In this document: piece after piece, positions 56,301 to 64,000 of the stretch | How the letters are laid out: every line of letters starts with the position of its first letter | Position numbering within the stretch: the stretch's first letter is position 1 | Origin: Acidimicrobiaceae bacterium | GTDB taxonomy: Bacteria; Actinomycetota; Acidimicrobiia; Acidimicrobiales; Aldehydirespiratoraceae | Length of the DNA stretch: 64,000 bases | Direction: 5' to 3' | Assembly: GCA_009845995.1 (NCBI GenBank) | Contig: VXYK01000013.1 | Coordinates: 2,010 to 66,009, forward strand | Translations under genes and position numbers: made by a program | The notes under the pieces: model-generated | The model's database searches: none | The model's input: only the letters and a program-made list of their open reading frames with translations | What the model was told of the DNA's origin: nothing

Positions 56301-56406
56301 CTTCCCAGGAAGACTGTTGACATTACTTCCCAGGAAGGTACAATGCTTCCTAGAAAGGTTCTCAGAAAGGTTTCTGGAAAGGTTCTCAGAAAGGTTCTTA
56401 GGAAGG
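56301..56406 (+). promoter_or_regulatory. Promoter TTGACA (56317-56322)-N16-TACAAT (56339-56344), two identical CTTCCCAGGAAG palindromes (56301-56312, 56326-56337), and five contiguous 12-bp palindromic units (56346-56405)
   Basis: Read directly: CTTCCTAGAAAG GTTCTCAGAAAG GTTTCTGGAAAG GTTCTCAGAAAG GTTCTTAGGAAG. These are probable MarR operators. Confidence 0.6.
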
Positions 56407-56418
56407 TACAACACGAAA

Positions 56419-57786
56419 ATGGCCACCACAAACTCCGAGTCGACAACTGGCGTTCGCTTCGAAGACATCGACTTCACCGATGTTGGTGCTTTTGCTGAAA
56501 GGTGCCCCCACGACTGGTTCAGTTTCCTGCGGGAGAACGCCCCGGTTTGGCAGCACCCGGCAAATGAGCGGTCAGACTATGAACCGTTCTGGTGTGTGAC
56601 CTCGTATGAGCACATCCAACAGGTACATCGGTCCGGCACGTTGTTCAGCCATCAGACCGGCCCGGGACGCAACGGCGCCGGCGGCATCACGATGAACGAC
56701 CAGGAACCCGAGCGGGGGCCGGGTCTGCAGATGGTGATGACCGATCCGCCTGCTCACACTCGGTACCGCAAGCTCGTCAACCGAGGGTTCACCCCGAGGG
56801 TCGTGCACCGCTTGACTGATGCTTTCCGGTTGCGTACCACAACGATCCTCGATCAGGTGACACCGTTGGGGTCTTGCGATTTCGTCACAAGGGTTGCCTC
56901 CGAACTTCCGTTGATCGCCATCGCTGAGATCGTCGGTGTGCCCCAAGAAGATCGCCATCTGCTGTTCGAGTGGAGCAACCGGGCTGTCGGAGGCGCCGAC
57001 GACACCGACGACGCATACGCCGCCATGTTCGAGATGGGGATCTACGCCCACGGTCTGACCGAACGCAAACGCAAAGAACCCGCCGATGACCTGTGGACCA
57101 AACTCACCGAAGCTGTGGTCACCATGGAGGACGGTTCCAGAGTCGAACTGACCGAGACCGAACGGGACCTCTTCTTCATTCTGTTGATCATCGCCGGCAA
57201 CGAAACAACCCGCAACAGCATCTCCAAGGGCATGCTTGCCTTCTTCGACAACCCCGATCAGTGGCAACGCTGGTTGGAACATCCTGAGCTGGCCGACAAG
57301 ATGGTCGACGAAGTTCTGCGTTTCACCAGCCCTGTCAATTTCTTTCGCCGCACCGCAACAGCGGACACCGAACTCGGCGGTCAGCGTATCGCGGCTGGTG
57401 AGAAGGTTCTGTTGTGGTATCCGTCAGGCAACCGTGACAAAGCCGAGTTCGGCCCGACCGCTGACGAGTTCGACATCGGACGTACCCCCAACCATCACAT
57501 GGCTTTCGGCGCCAGCGGAGCGCACTTCTGTCTGGGCGCCAACCTCGCGAAACTAGAGATCAAGATCGTCTTTGAAGAACTCGCCAAGCGAATCCCCGAC
57601 ATTCGCCTGGCTGGAGACATCGAACGGCTCCGCGCCAATCTCGTCGACAGCATCAAACACATCCCCGTCGAGTACACCCCCAGCCCCGCGGTGCTCGGGT
57701 CGCCGAGCACCAACGGGCACCCACCGCTAGACGATCTTGCCAGCGTGTCCTGCCCAGTAGGGGTCTTTGAGTCGGCGCTTGTATAG
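56419..57786 (+). CDS. Cytochrome P450
   Basis: Heme-binding FGASGAHFCLG, EXXR (EVLR), and I-helix IIAGNETT. ATG 56419. The track extension from 56317 translates the repeat array and begins at the TTGACA -35 box. Confidence 0.9.
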   Translation: MATTNSESTTGVRFEDIDFTDVGAFAERCPHDWFSFLRENAPVWQHPANERSDYEPFWCVTSYEHIQQVHRSGTLFSHQTGPGRNGAGGITMNDQEPERGPGLQMVMTDPPAHTRYRKLVNRGFTPRVVHRLTDAFRLRTTTILDQVTPLGSCDFVTRVASELPLIAIAEIVGVPQEDRHLLFEWSNRAVGGADDTDDAYAAMFEMGIYAHGLTERKRKEPADDLWTKLTEAVVTMEDGSRVELTETERDLFFILLIIAGNETTRNSISKGMLAFFDNPDQWQRWLEHPELADKMVDEVLRFTSPVNFFRRTATADTELGGQRIAAGEKVLLWYPSGNRDKAEFGPTADEFDIGRTPNHHMAFGASGAHFCLGANLAKLEIKIVFEELAKRIPDIRLAGDIERLRANLVDSIKHIPVEYTPSPAVLGSPSTNGHPPLDDLASVSCPVGVFESALV

Positions 57787-59289
57787 CTTGCCGTTCGGGT
57801 CGCGGGGCATCTCGGTCGTGTAGTCGATGGACCGGGGCAACTTCTGCTTGGCGATCTGACCGCGAAGCCAAGCCATGATGGTCTCGGTGGTTTCGTCACT
57901 GGGTTCCCACCCAGCAGCAAGCTCGACAGTCGCTTTGATCTCCTCGCCTGTATCGGGGTTGGGGATCCCGAACACGGCCACATCGGCTACAGCTTCATGC
58001 TGCACCAGCGCGCCTTCGATTTCGGCAGGATAGATGTTGACTCCGGCGGCGATGATCATGTCATTGGCTCGGTCGTTGAGGAACAGAAACCCGTCATCGT
58101 CGAGATAGCCGATGTCGCCGACGGTGAAAAAACCCCGCAGGCGGCTCTTCTTCGTCTTCTCCTCATCACCCTTGTACTCAAAGACATTGCCCGGCATCTT
58201 CATGTAGACGGTGCCTGACTCGAACGGCGGAAGTTCGTCCCCCTGCTGGTCGACAACGATCACCTCGGCGCCCGGCCACGGCTTTCCAACCGTGCCGGGC
58301 TTGGCGAGCCATTCCTGGGGACCGACGATCGTTCCGCCGCCTTCGGTGGCTGCGTAGTACTCCCAGATCGAGTCGCCCCACCATTGGATCATCTTGCGCT
58401 TGGTCTCGATCGGACATGGCGCCGCGGCATGGACCATGCGGCGCAACGACGAGACATCGTACGCTTCTCGAACTTCATCGGGCAGTTGCAACAACCGGTT
58501 GAACATGGTCGGCACCATGTGTGAGTGGGTCACCCGGTAACGCTCGATTCGCTCCAACAGACCTTCGGGGGTCCAGCGATCCATGAGGACCACCGTGTGA
58601 CCCATGTGCAACGACATGGTCGTCCAGTTGTTGACCGCAGTGTGATACGTGGGCGCCTGGGTGATCTGCACATTGTCGTCGTGGGGCATTGTGCCGAAGA
58701 GCATGAACAATCCGCCGGAGCCGGCGGAAATCTCATCGACATCTCCGTCTGCCAACGCACGCCTCACACCTTTGGGACGCCCGGTGGTGCCCGAGGTGTA
58801 GAACATGTATGAGCCGGGATACAGCTCATCGGGACGTTCGCCTGACTGACCGGAGATCAGGTCGCTGAAGGGCCTGAATCCCGCCACCGGACCCACCGAG
58901 AATCGGTTCGCTTCGGCAGTGACGCAGTCACCGAGCACGCGAACAGCCTCAGCCTCGAAACGATCAGACACGATCAGGGCCTTCGTCTCCGCGTCGTTGA
59001 CGATGTAGCTGATCTCCGGCCCGACAAGATGCCAGTTGATCGTCGTTACAAAAAAGCCCCCTTGAAATGCCGCGAGGCACACCGCCACCTGCTCAAAGCT
59101 GTTGGGCAGCACGGTCGTGACCTGATCACCCCGTTGTAACCCAGCGGCTCGCAGACCATGGACAATCTTGTTGGTGAGCTCATACAACTCGCCGTAGGTC
59201 ATCTGGTTGTGATCCGCGTCAACCAGAGCGAGATGTTCAGGATCTGCTTCGGCGATTTTCCAGAATCCGGTGATGTCAGTGTTGGCCAT
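57727..59289 (-). CDS. Acyl-CoA synthetase / AMP-dependent ligase
   Basis: MFYTSGTTGRPKGV AMP-binding motif, plus GDIGYLDDDGFLFLNDR and PNGKLYKR C-terminal motifs. Confidence 0.9.
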   Translation of the reverse strand: MANTDITGFWKIAEADPEHLALVDADHNQMTYGELYELTNKIVHGLRAAGLQRGDQVTTVLPNSFEQVAVCLAAFQGGFFVTTINWHLVGPEISYIVNDAETKALIVSDRFEAEAVRVLGDCVTAEANRFSVGPVAGFRPFSDLISGQSGERPDELYPGSYMFYTSGTTGRPKGVRRALADGDVDEISAGSGGLFMLFGTMPHDDNVQITQAPTYHTAVNNWTTMSLHMGHTVVLMDRWTPEGLLERIERYRVTHSHMVPTMFNRLLQLPDEVREAYDVSSLRRMVHAAAPCPIETKRKMIQWWGDSIWEYYAATEGGGTIVGPQEWLAKPGTVGKPWPGAEVIVVDQQGDELPPFESGTVYMKMPGNVFEYKGDEEKTKKSRLRGFFTVGDIGYLDDDGFLFLNDRANDMIIAAGVNIYPAEIEGALVQHEAVADVAVFGIPNPDTGEEIKATVELAAGWEPSDETTETIMAWLRGQIAKQKLPRSIDYTTEMPRDPNGKLYKRRLKDPYWAGHAGKIV

Positions 59290-59365
59290 GCTGCAAATGA
59301 TCCTGTCCGCGACGCAATCGCGCCAATTCGACTACTCACCTACGCTGGTGGCTACTGTGAAATCC

Positions 59366-60193
59366 ATGGCCGACGACCGCCCTCTCGAAGAACAGATCCG
59401 CCTGACGTACCGAGGGAAGGTGGCCTGGGTGACCATTGACCGCCCCGAAGTCGGCAACGCGCTCAATCCCCCGTGCCGCGATCGCCTCCGCGACATTTTC
59501 AAAGAGCTCAACTCCAACCATCGGGCGCGGGCGGCGGTGTTGACCGCTACCGGCGACAAGCTGTTCTGCCCCGGCGCCGATCTCAGTCACAAGTACCAGA
59601 GTGATCGGGCCGACGATCTCCCCGAGCGGGTGATAGGCGACCCGCGTCAAACGATGCTCGACGGGCAATACACGCTGTTCCCTGCCATCCTCGACTGCGA
59701 GATTCCGGTTATAGCAGCAGTCAATGGGACCGCAGCGGGGATGGGAGCGCATCTCGCCCTCGCCTGCGACCTGGTGATTTGCTCTGAGAAAGCCAAGTTT
59801 GTTGAGGTTTTTGCTCGCCGAGGGCTCGTGCCTGATGCGCTTGGGCCGTGGTTGTTGCCGCGCATCATTGGAGTACGCCGCACCATGGAGCTCATGCTCT
59901 TCGCCGAGGACCTGCTTCCGGATCAGGCACTCGAATGGGGGCTTGTCAACAAGGTGGTAGGACCCGATGAATTGGAGTCAGCGGCAAGCGACTGGGCCGA
60001 GCGGCTTGCTGCTGGTCCCACCCGATCATTCGGTTTCACCAAATGGCTGGTCAACCAGAGCCTTGATAGCGACAGGGCCACAATGGCCCATAACGAAGCC
60101 CTGGCAGTGGAACTGAACACCTATACAGCGGACTCTGAAGAAGGAGTCGCCAGTTTCCGCGAACGCCGAGAACCGAAATGGAAGGGCTACTGA
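59366..60193 (+). CDS. Enoyl-CoA hydratase/isomerase (crotonase family)
   Basis: VAWVTIDRPEVGNAL and AAVNGTAAGMGAHLALACD oxyanion-hole regions. ATG 59366. Confidence 0.9.
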   Translation: MADDRPLEEQIRLTYRGKVAWVTIDRPEVGNALNPPCRDRLRDIFKELNSNHRARAAVLTATGDKLFCPGADLSHKYQSDRADDLPERVIGDPRQTMLDGQYTLFPAILDCEIPVIAAVNGTAAGMGAHLALACDLVICSEKAKFVEVFARRGLVPDALGPWLLPRIIGVRRTMELMLFAEDLLPDQALEWGLVNKVVGPDELESAASDWAERLAAGPTRSFGFTKWLVNQSLDSDRATMAHNEALAVELNTYTADSEEGVASFRERREPKWKGY

Positions 60194-61386
60194 AACTCCA
60201 CGGCCAGTCGCTCAACCCCGCGAATGGTGATGCGTTGTCTCCATACTTCCTCGCCAACAGACCAACTCTGGTACCGACTCAGCAGGCGTTCCAGAACCAC
60301 CTGTCCCTCAAGCCGGGCCAGAGCCGCGCCGAGACAGTAGTGGATCCCGGACCCGAACGAGAGAAGCTGGGTGTCGCTACGAGTGATGTCGAAGCGGTCG
60401 GGATCGGCGCAAACGAACGGGTCGCGGTTCGCCGCGGCCAGCAACATGAGCGTTGTCGAACCCGTCGGAATCGTGATGTCACCGACTTCGATATCTGCGA
60501 ACGTGTAACGGCCATCAACTTGGACGGGAGGGTCGTAGCGCAGCACCTCTTCCACCGCAGCCGGAATCAGGGAATGATCGTTTCGCAGCAACTGCAGCTG
60601 ATCCGGGTGAGCTACCAAGGCTCTCACCATGTTGCTGAGCAACTGCGTGGTCGTCTCAAAACCAGCCGCATAGATCAACAACACGTTTGAGATCACTTCG
60701 TTCTCACTCAACCGGTCTTCTCCGTCGCTGGCCTGAATCAGACCCGTGAGCAGATCATCTTGAGGGTCGGCTCTCCGTGTCTCGATCAGATCAGAGAAGT
60801 ACGCCCGGGCTTGTCGAGATGCTGCTTCTGCTCTGTCGATCTCTTCTGGGGTCGAAACCGGTTCAAGGGTGGCAGACAGATCAGCGATGAGCGGCCGAAG
60901 CCAGTCACGGTCGGCTTGCGGCACACCCACCAGCGCACTGATCACGTTTGCCGGCAGCGGGAAAGCCACGGTGTCGACAAAGTCACCGCTACCGCCCAGT
61001 TCATCGAGGAGTTCATCGGTCATGGCCGCAACCTCTGGACGCAACCGTTCGACTCGTCGTGGTGTGAACGCCCGACTGACAAGACCTCGAATTCGCGTGT
61101 GGTCCGGTGGGTTCAGAAACAACATTGAAACGGCAGCTTGTTCGACCTCCCGACGAGGACTGCCGTCGATCGACACCGGTCCCACGGACGCCTGGTCCGG
61201 TGGGCTTCCGCAACGAGGATCTCTCAACAAGTTTCTGGCGTTCTCAAATCCAGAAATTACCCAGGTACCGCTGGTTTGGGTTCGAAACAGCGGTGCCGTC
61301 TCGCGCAGCTGCCGATAAAGCGGGTAAGGGTCAGCTATCGCCGACGGATCAACCATCAAAGTCATCAGCAGGTCGTCAGGAGTCAC
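60187..61386 (-). CDS. Cytochrome P450
   Basis: Heme-binding FGSGIHYCLG, EXXR (EVLR), and I-helix AAGFETT. Confidence 0.9.
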   Translation of the reverse strand: MTPDDLLMTLMVDPSAIADPYPLYRQLRETAPLFRTQTSGTWVISGFENARNLLRDPRCGSPPDQASVGPVSIDGSPRREVEQAAVSMLFLNPPDHTRIRGLVSRAFTPRRVERLRPEVAAMTDELLDELGGSGDFVDTVAFPLPANVISALVGVPQADRDWLRPLIADLSATLEPVSTPEEIDRAEAASRQARAYFSDLIETRRADPQDDLLTGLIQASDGEDRLSENEVISNVLLIYAAGFETTTQLLSNMVRALVAHPDQLQLLRNDHSLIPAAVEEVLRYDPPVQVDGRYTFADIEVGDITIPTGSTTLMLLAAANRDPFVCADPDRFDITRSDTQLLSFGSGIHYCLGAALARLEGQVVLERLLSRYQSWSVGEEVWRQRITIRGVERLAVEFQ

Positions 61387-61406
61387 TGCCAGGAAACGTT
61401 ACTGGT

Positions 61407-62324
61407 TCATCGAGCCAGTGCCGCAGCGATCTCAGCGGCGACGCGTGCGTTGTCTTGGGCCAAAGCAAGGTTGGCCTCGACGCTGACCCCGTCGGTCGCC
61501 GCGGCGATCGCGTCGAGAAGCACCGGTGTAACCGCAGGCCCGCGCAAACTCTGCTGTTCTACCAAGGCGAGCGCCGAGCCAAGCGCCCGGTCGATCGGCT
61601 CAGGATCAAGTTCTGCGCCCACCGGTATCGGGTTCGCCACGAGAATGCCGCCCGGATGACCAACGGCCGCCGAGGCTCGCAGCATGGCCGCCACATCGTC
61701 GCCGCTGTTCACGACAGTCGGCACGTCAAGCCCGCTGTCGCGTACATAGAACGCGGGAAAGCGATCTGTCCGCCAACCGGCCACCGGCACCGCCAGGGTC
61801 TCCAGATATTCCAGCGTGCGCGGCAAGTCCAGAAAGGCCTTGGCACCTGCGGACACCGTGACCACCCGATGGCGAGACAGGGCGACAAGGTCCCCGCTCA
61901 CGTCACCAGTGACCTCAGCGCCGCGGTGAACCCCGCCGATTCCACCCGTGGCGAAAACTTCTATGCCTGCACGTGCCGCCAGAGTCAACGAAGCGCTGAC
62001 GGTCGTGACTCCAACATCAAGGCCGCCCGAAACAGCCCCAGCCAAGTCTCGAGCGGCAACTTTCCGGGTACCAGCAAAGACTCGATCAAGGTCACTCGTT
62101 TCGACACCCACCACAGCCACACCGTCGACCACAGCAGTCAGCGCCGGGACCGCGCCGCCGTCGCGGACCGCTGTGACACAACGATCAAAGCACTCCCGAT
62201 TGGCTGGCGACGGCATGCCCAGGCCGCTGAAGATCGTGGACTCGAAAGCCACGACCCGACGGTGCCCCTCCAGCGCCGCGGCGACTTCGTCGCCAACTCG
62301 AAAGAACTTTGTACCTTCGGCCAC
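61407..62324 (-). CDS. psuG: Pseudouridine-5'-phosphate glycosidase
   Basis: VVAFESTIFSGLGMPSPANRE and ATGGIGGVHRGAE motifs typical of the PsuG/IndA family. 305 aa. Confidence 0.85.
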   Translation of the reverse strand: MAEGTKFFRVGDEVAAALEGHRRVVAFESTIFSGLGMPSPANRECFDRCVTAVRDGGAVPALTAVVDGVAVVGVETSDLDRVFAGTRKVAARDLAGAVSGGLDVGVTTVSASLTLAARAGIEVFATGGIGGVHRGAEVTGDVSGDLVALSRHRVVTVSAGAKAFLDLPRTLEYLETLAVPVAGWRTDRFPAFYVRDSGLDVPTVVNSGDDVAAMLRASAAVGHPGGILVANPIPVGAELDPEPIDRALGSALALVEQQSLRGPAVTPVLLDAIAAATDGVSVEANLALAQDNARVAAEIAAALAR

Positions 62325-62406
62325 GACCGAAGCCTATGGCCTCTGTTGCAGGTAGTGCAGACACATGGGTAGGCAGGCAAGCGCAGAGTGCGCTATCAAT
62401 AACCCC

Positions 62407-64000
62407 GTGATCGAGACACTCAAACAGACATGGGCGGAACTAACCGCGAAAGGTTCTCCTTTCGCATGGTCAACTCAAGAGGTTCGCGGCATCCCGATGC
62501 GAGTCTTCGACACCGCCCCTCCAAATATGCGATTTGTTTGGGAGCTGTCGGCTCAATTCGCCGACCGGCCCTACATCGTGTTTGAAGACGAGACCATCAC
62601 GTACGGCGAAGCGCACGCGATGGTCCGATCACTGGCCCACTACCTGGTCAACGAGCATGGTGTCGGTGCCGGCGACCGGGTCGCGATCGCCATGCGCAAC
62701 TACCCTGAGTGGGCTTTGGCCTATTGGGCAACGATAGTAGTCGGTGCTTCCGCGGTGGGAGTCAACGCTTGGTGGACCGCATCCGAACTCGAATATGCAC
62801 TCAACGATTCACGTCCCAAGGTGCTGATCGCCGATGACGAACGTCTCGAACGGGTACTGGAGGTGCTCCCGGCGGTACGAGCCGAAGCGCCCATGCACAT
62901 CATTTCGGTGCGCAGTGAACGGGAATTGCCCGACGACGCCTCGCGCTGGCCAGACCATGTCATCATCTCCGGCGCACCAGATGAACTTCCACCCGCTGAG
63001 ATCGCACCCGACGACGACATATGCATCTTCTACACCTCGGGAACGACCGGTTTTCCCAAGGGAGCGCAACTGACCCATCGCGGTTCGGTGCACAACGTGC
63101 TGCACCTCGCTTTCGCCAACGCCGCCGCTGCGGCGGCAACCGCCAAGATCGCCGCGGCCGAAAGCGGTGCTGCCGGCGGCGACGACTCCGGTGCCCCGGG
63201 TCAAGACGACGAACCCGCCCAAGCGGTCATCATGGTGCCCACACCGTTGTTTCATGTGACGGCCAACAACTGCGTGCTTCATCCCGCAACCATCTCCGGC
63301 GGCAAGATGGTGATGATGTACCGGTGGGATACGGCACGAGCGATCGAGTTGATCGAACGCGAAAGCGTGAACATGTTCACCGGCGTGCCGACCATGAGCC
63401 GCGAAATGTTGGCACACCCTGATTGGCGGACCCGTGACACATCCAGCTTGGCTGCGTTGGGCGGCGGCGGCGCGGCCATCCAACCAGACCTCGTTGAGAA
63501 GATCGACAACGCACCCGGAGACGTCAAGCCGGCGACCGGTTATGGGCTCACCGAAACCAGCGGCGTTATCACCGCAGTGAGCAATGCCTTCTTTTCGGCT
63601 AGGCCAACCTCGGCCGGCCTAGTCATGCCGACTTTCGAATACAAAGTGATCGACGCCGACGGCGACGAGGTGCCGACAGGAGAGCGAGGGGAGCTGTGTG
63701 TCAAAGGACCTGCGGTCGTCAAGGGTTATATCAACCGCCCGGAAGCGACGGCCGAGGCCATTGTTGACGGCTGGTTTCGCACTGGAGACATCGTCTACAT
63801 CGATTCGGATGAGTTCGTTCACATCGTCGACCGGGCCAAGGACATGGTGTTGCGCGGCGGCGAAAACGTCTACTGCGCTGAGGTGGAGGCAGCGATCTAC
63901 GAACACCCTGATGTGGCCGAGGCTGCCGTGTTCGGGGTGCCCGACGACCGGCTCGGTGAAGCAGTCGGCGCAGCAATTTATTTGGCAGACGACGCCACTA
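62407..64000 (+). CDS. Adenylate-forming acyl-CoA synthetase/ligase (partial; continues past the window end)
   Basis: Not in the ORF track because there is no stop. GTG 62407 gives VIETLKQTWAELTAKGSPFAW. The AMP motif FYTSGTTGFPKGAQLTHR is in frame near 63028. Later TGYGLTETSG and GWFRTGDI also appear. Confidence 0.85.
   Translation, partial: MIETLKQTWAELTAKGSPFAWSTQEVRGIPMRVFDTAPPNMRFVWELSAQFADRPYIVFEDETITYGEAHAMVRSLAHYLVNEHGVGAGDRVAIAMRNYPEWALAYWATIVVGASAVGVNAWWTASELEYALNDSRPKVLIADDERLERVLEVLPAVRAEAPMHIISVRSERELPDDASRWPDHVIISGAPDELPPAEIAPDDDICIFYTSGTTGFPKGAQLTHRGSVHNVLHLAFANAAAAAATAKIAAAESGAAGGDDSGAPGQDDEPAQAVIMVPTPLFHVTANNCVLHPATISGGKMVMMYRWDTARAIELIERESVNMFTGVPTMSREMLAHPDWRTRDTSSLAALGGGGAAIQPDLVEKIDNAPGDVKPATGYGLTETSGVITAVSNAFFSARPTSAGLVMPTFEYKVIDADGDEVPTGERGELCVKGPAVVKGYINRPEATAEAIVDGWFRTGDIVYIDSDEFVHIVDRAKDMVLRGGENVYCAEVEAAIYEHPDVAEAAVFGVPDDRLGEAVGAAIYLADDAT

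Noticed and set aside
56346-56405. Possible CRISPR array or other spaced-repeat locus.
   Set aside because: The units are only 12 bp and are contiguous without spacers. There are no cas genes.
56317-56418. N-terminal extension of the P450 ORF that translates the 12-bp array as ERFSERFLERFSERFL.
   Set aside because: The extension starts exactly at the TTGACA -35 box. P450 homology begins only at MATTNSES... (ATG 56419). I treat the repeats as regulatory DNA or 5' UTR.
57727-57786. 60-nt convergent overlap between the P450 3' end and the acyl-CoA synthetase 3' end.
   Set aside because: P450 homology ends near ...HIPVEYTPS. The tail is probably read-through to the first available stop in GC-rich DNA and is not a functional overlap.

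Overview
This is a densely coding, high-GC stretch that looks like an actinobacterial chromosome: many GTG starts, ATGA/GTGA start-stop overlaps, and long antisense shadow ORFs. I found no rRNA, tRNA, CRISPR array, transposase or integrase.

Gene content from left to right:
- (1) A partial secreted protein with SLH-like repeats.
- (2) A minus-strand operon: lacI-type regulator, PhyH-like dioxygenase, Gfo/Idh/MocA oxidoreductase, class II xylA, xylB, MBL-fold hydrolase.
- (3) A divergent, long plus-strand inositol operon (7.9-23.1 kb). It carries iolE-like, a CUT2-type ABC importer, iolC, iolD, iolG, iolB, an aldolase, several extra oxidoreductases, and a fused desaturase-family oxygenase/Rieske protein.
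- (4) A small AT-richer gap with two orphan ORFs, one of which contains 4 x 33-bp coding repeats.
- (5) An MFS transporter, two amidohydrolase-2 genes, an SDR, a conserved hypothetical and a MaoC dehydratase.
- (6) ino1.
- (7) A CoA-dependent beta-oxidation-like operon: tandem-fused family III CoA-transferase, two ACADs, an SCPx-type thiolase, and an HMG-CoA-synthase-like/DUF35 fusion.
- (8) A phosphatase, Zn-ADH and nucleotidyltransferase module, plus an SMP-30 lactonase.
- (9) menC-menH-menD and a menF carrying an N-terminal MerR extension.
- (10) A NYN-domain gene and an AddAB-type helicase-nuclease pair.
- (11) A MarR regulator and P450 separated by a conspicuous array of 12-bp palindromic repeats, followed by an acyl-CoA synthetase, a crotonase, a second P450, psuG and a partial adenylate-forming ligase.

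The most unusual items:
- the MocD/MocE-like fused oxygenase inside the iol operon;
- the MerR-isochorismate synthase fusion;
- the apparently catalytically dead HMGCS-like/DUF35 fusion next to a thiolase;
- the double-size ABC permease;
- the operator-like repeat array upstream of the first P450.

All functional calls rest on motif and family recognition by eye. No database search was run.
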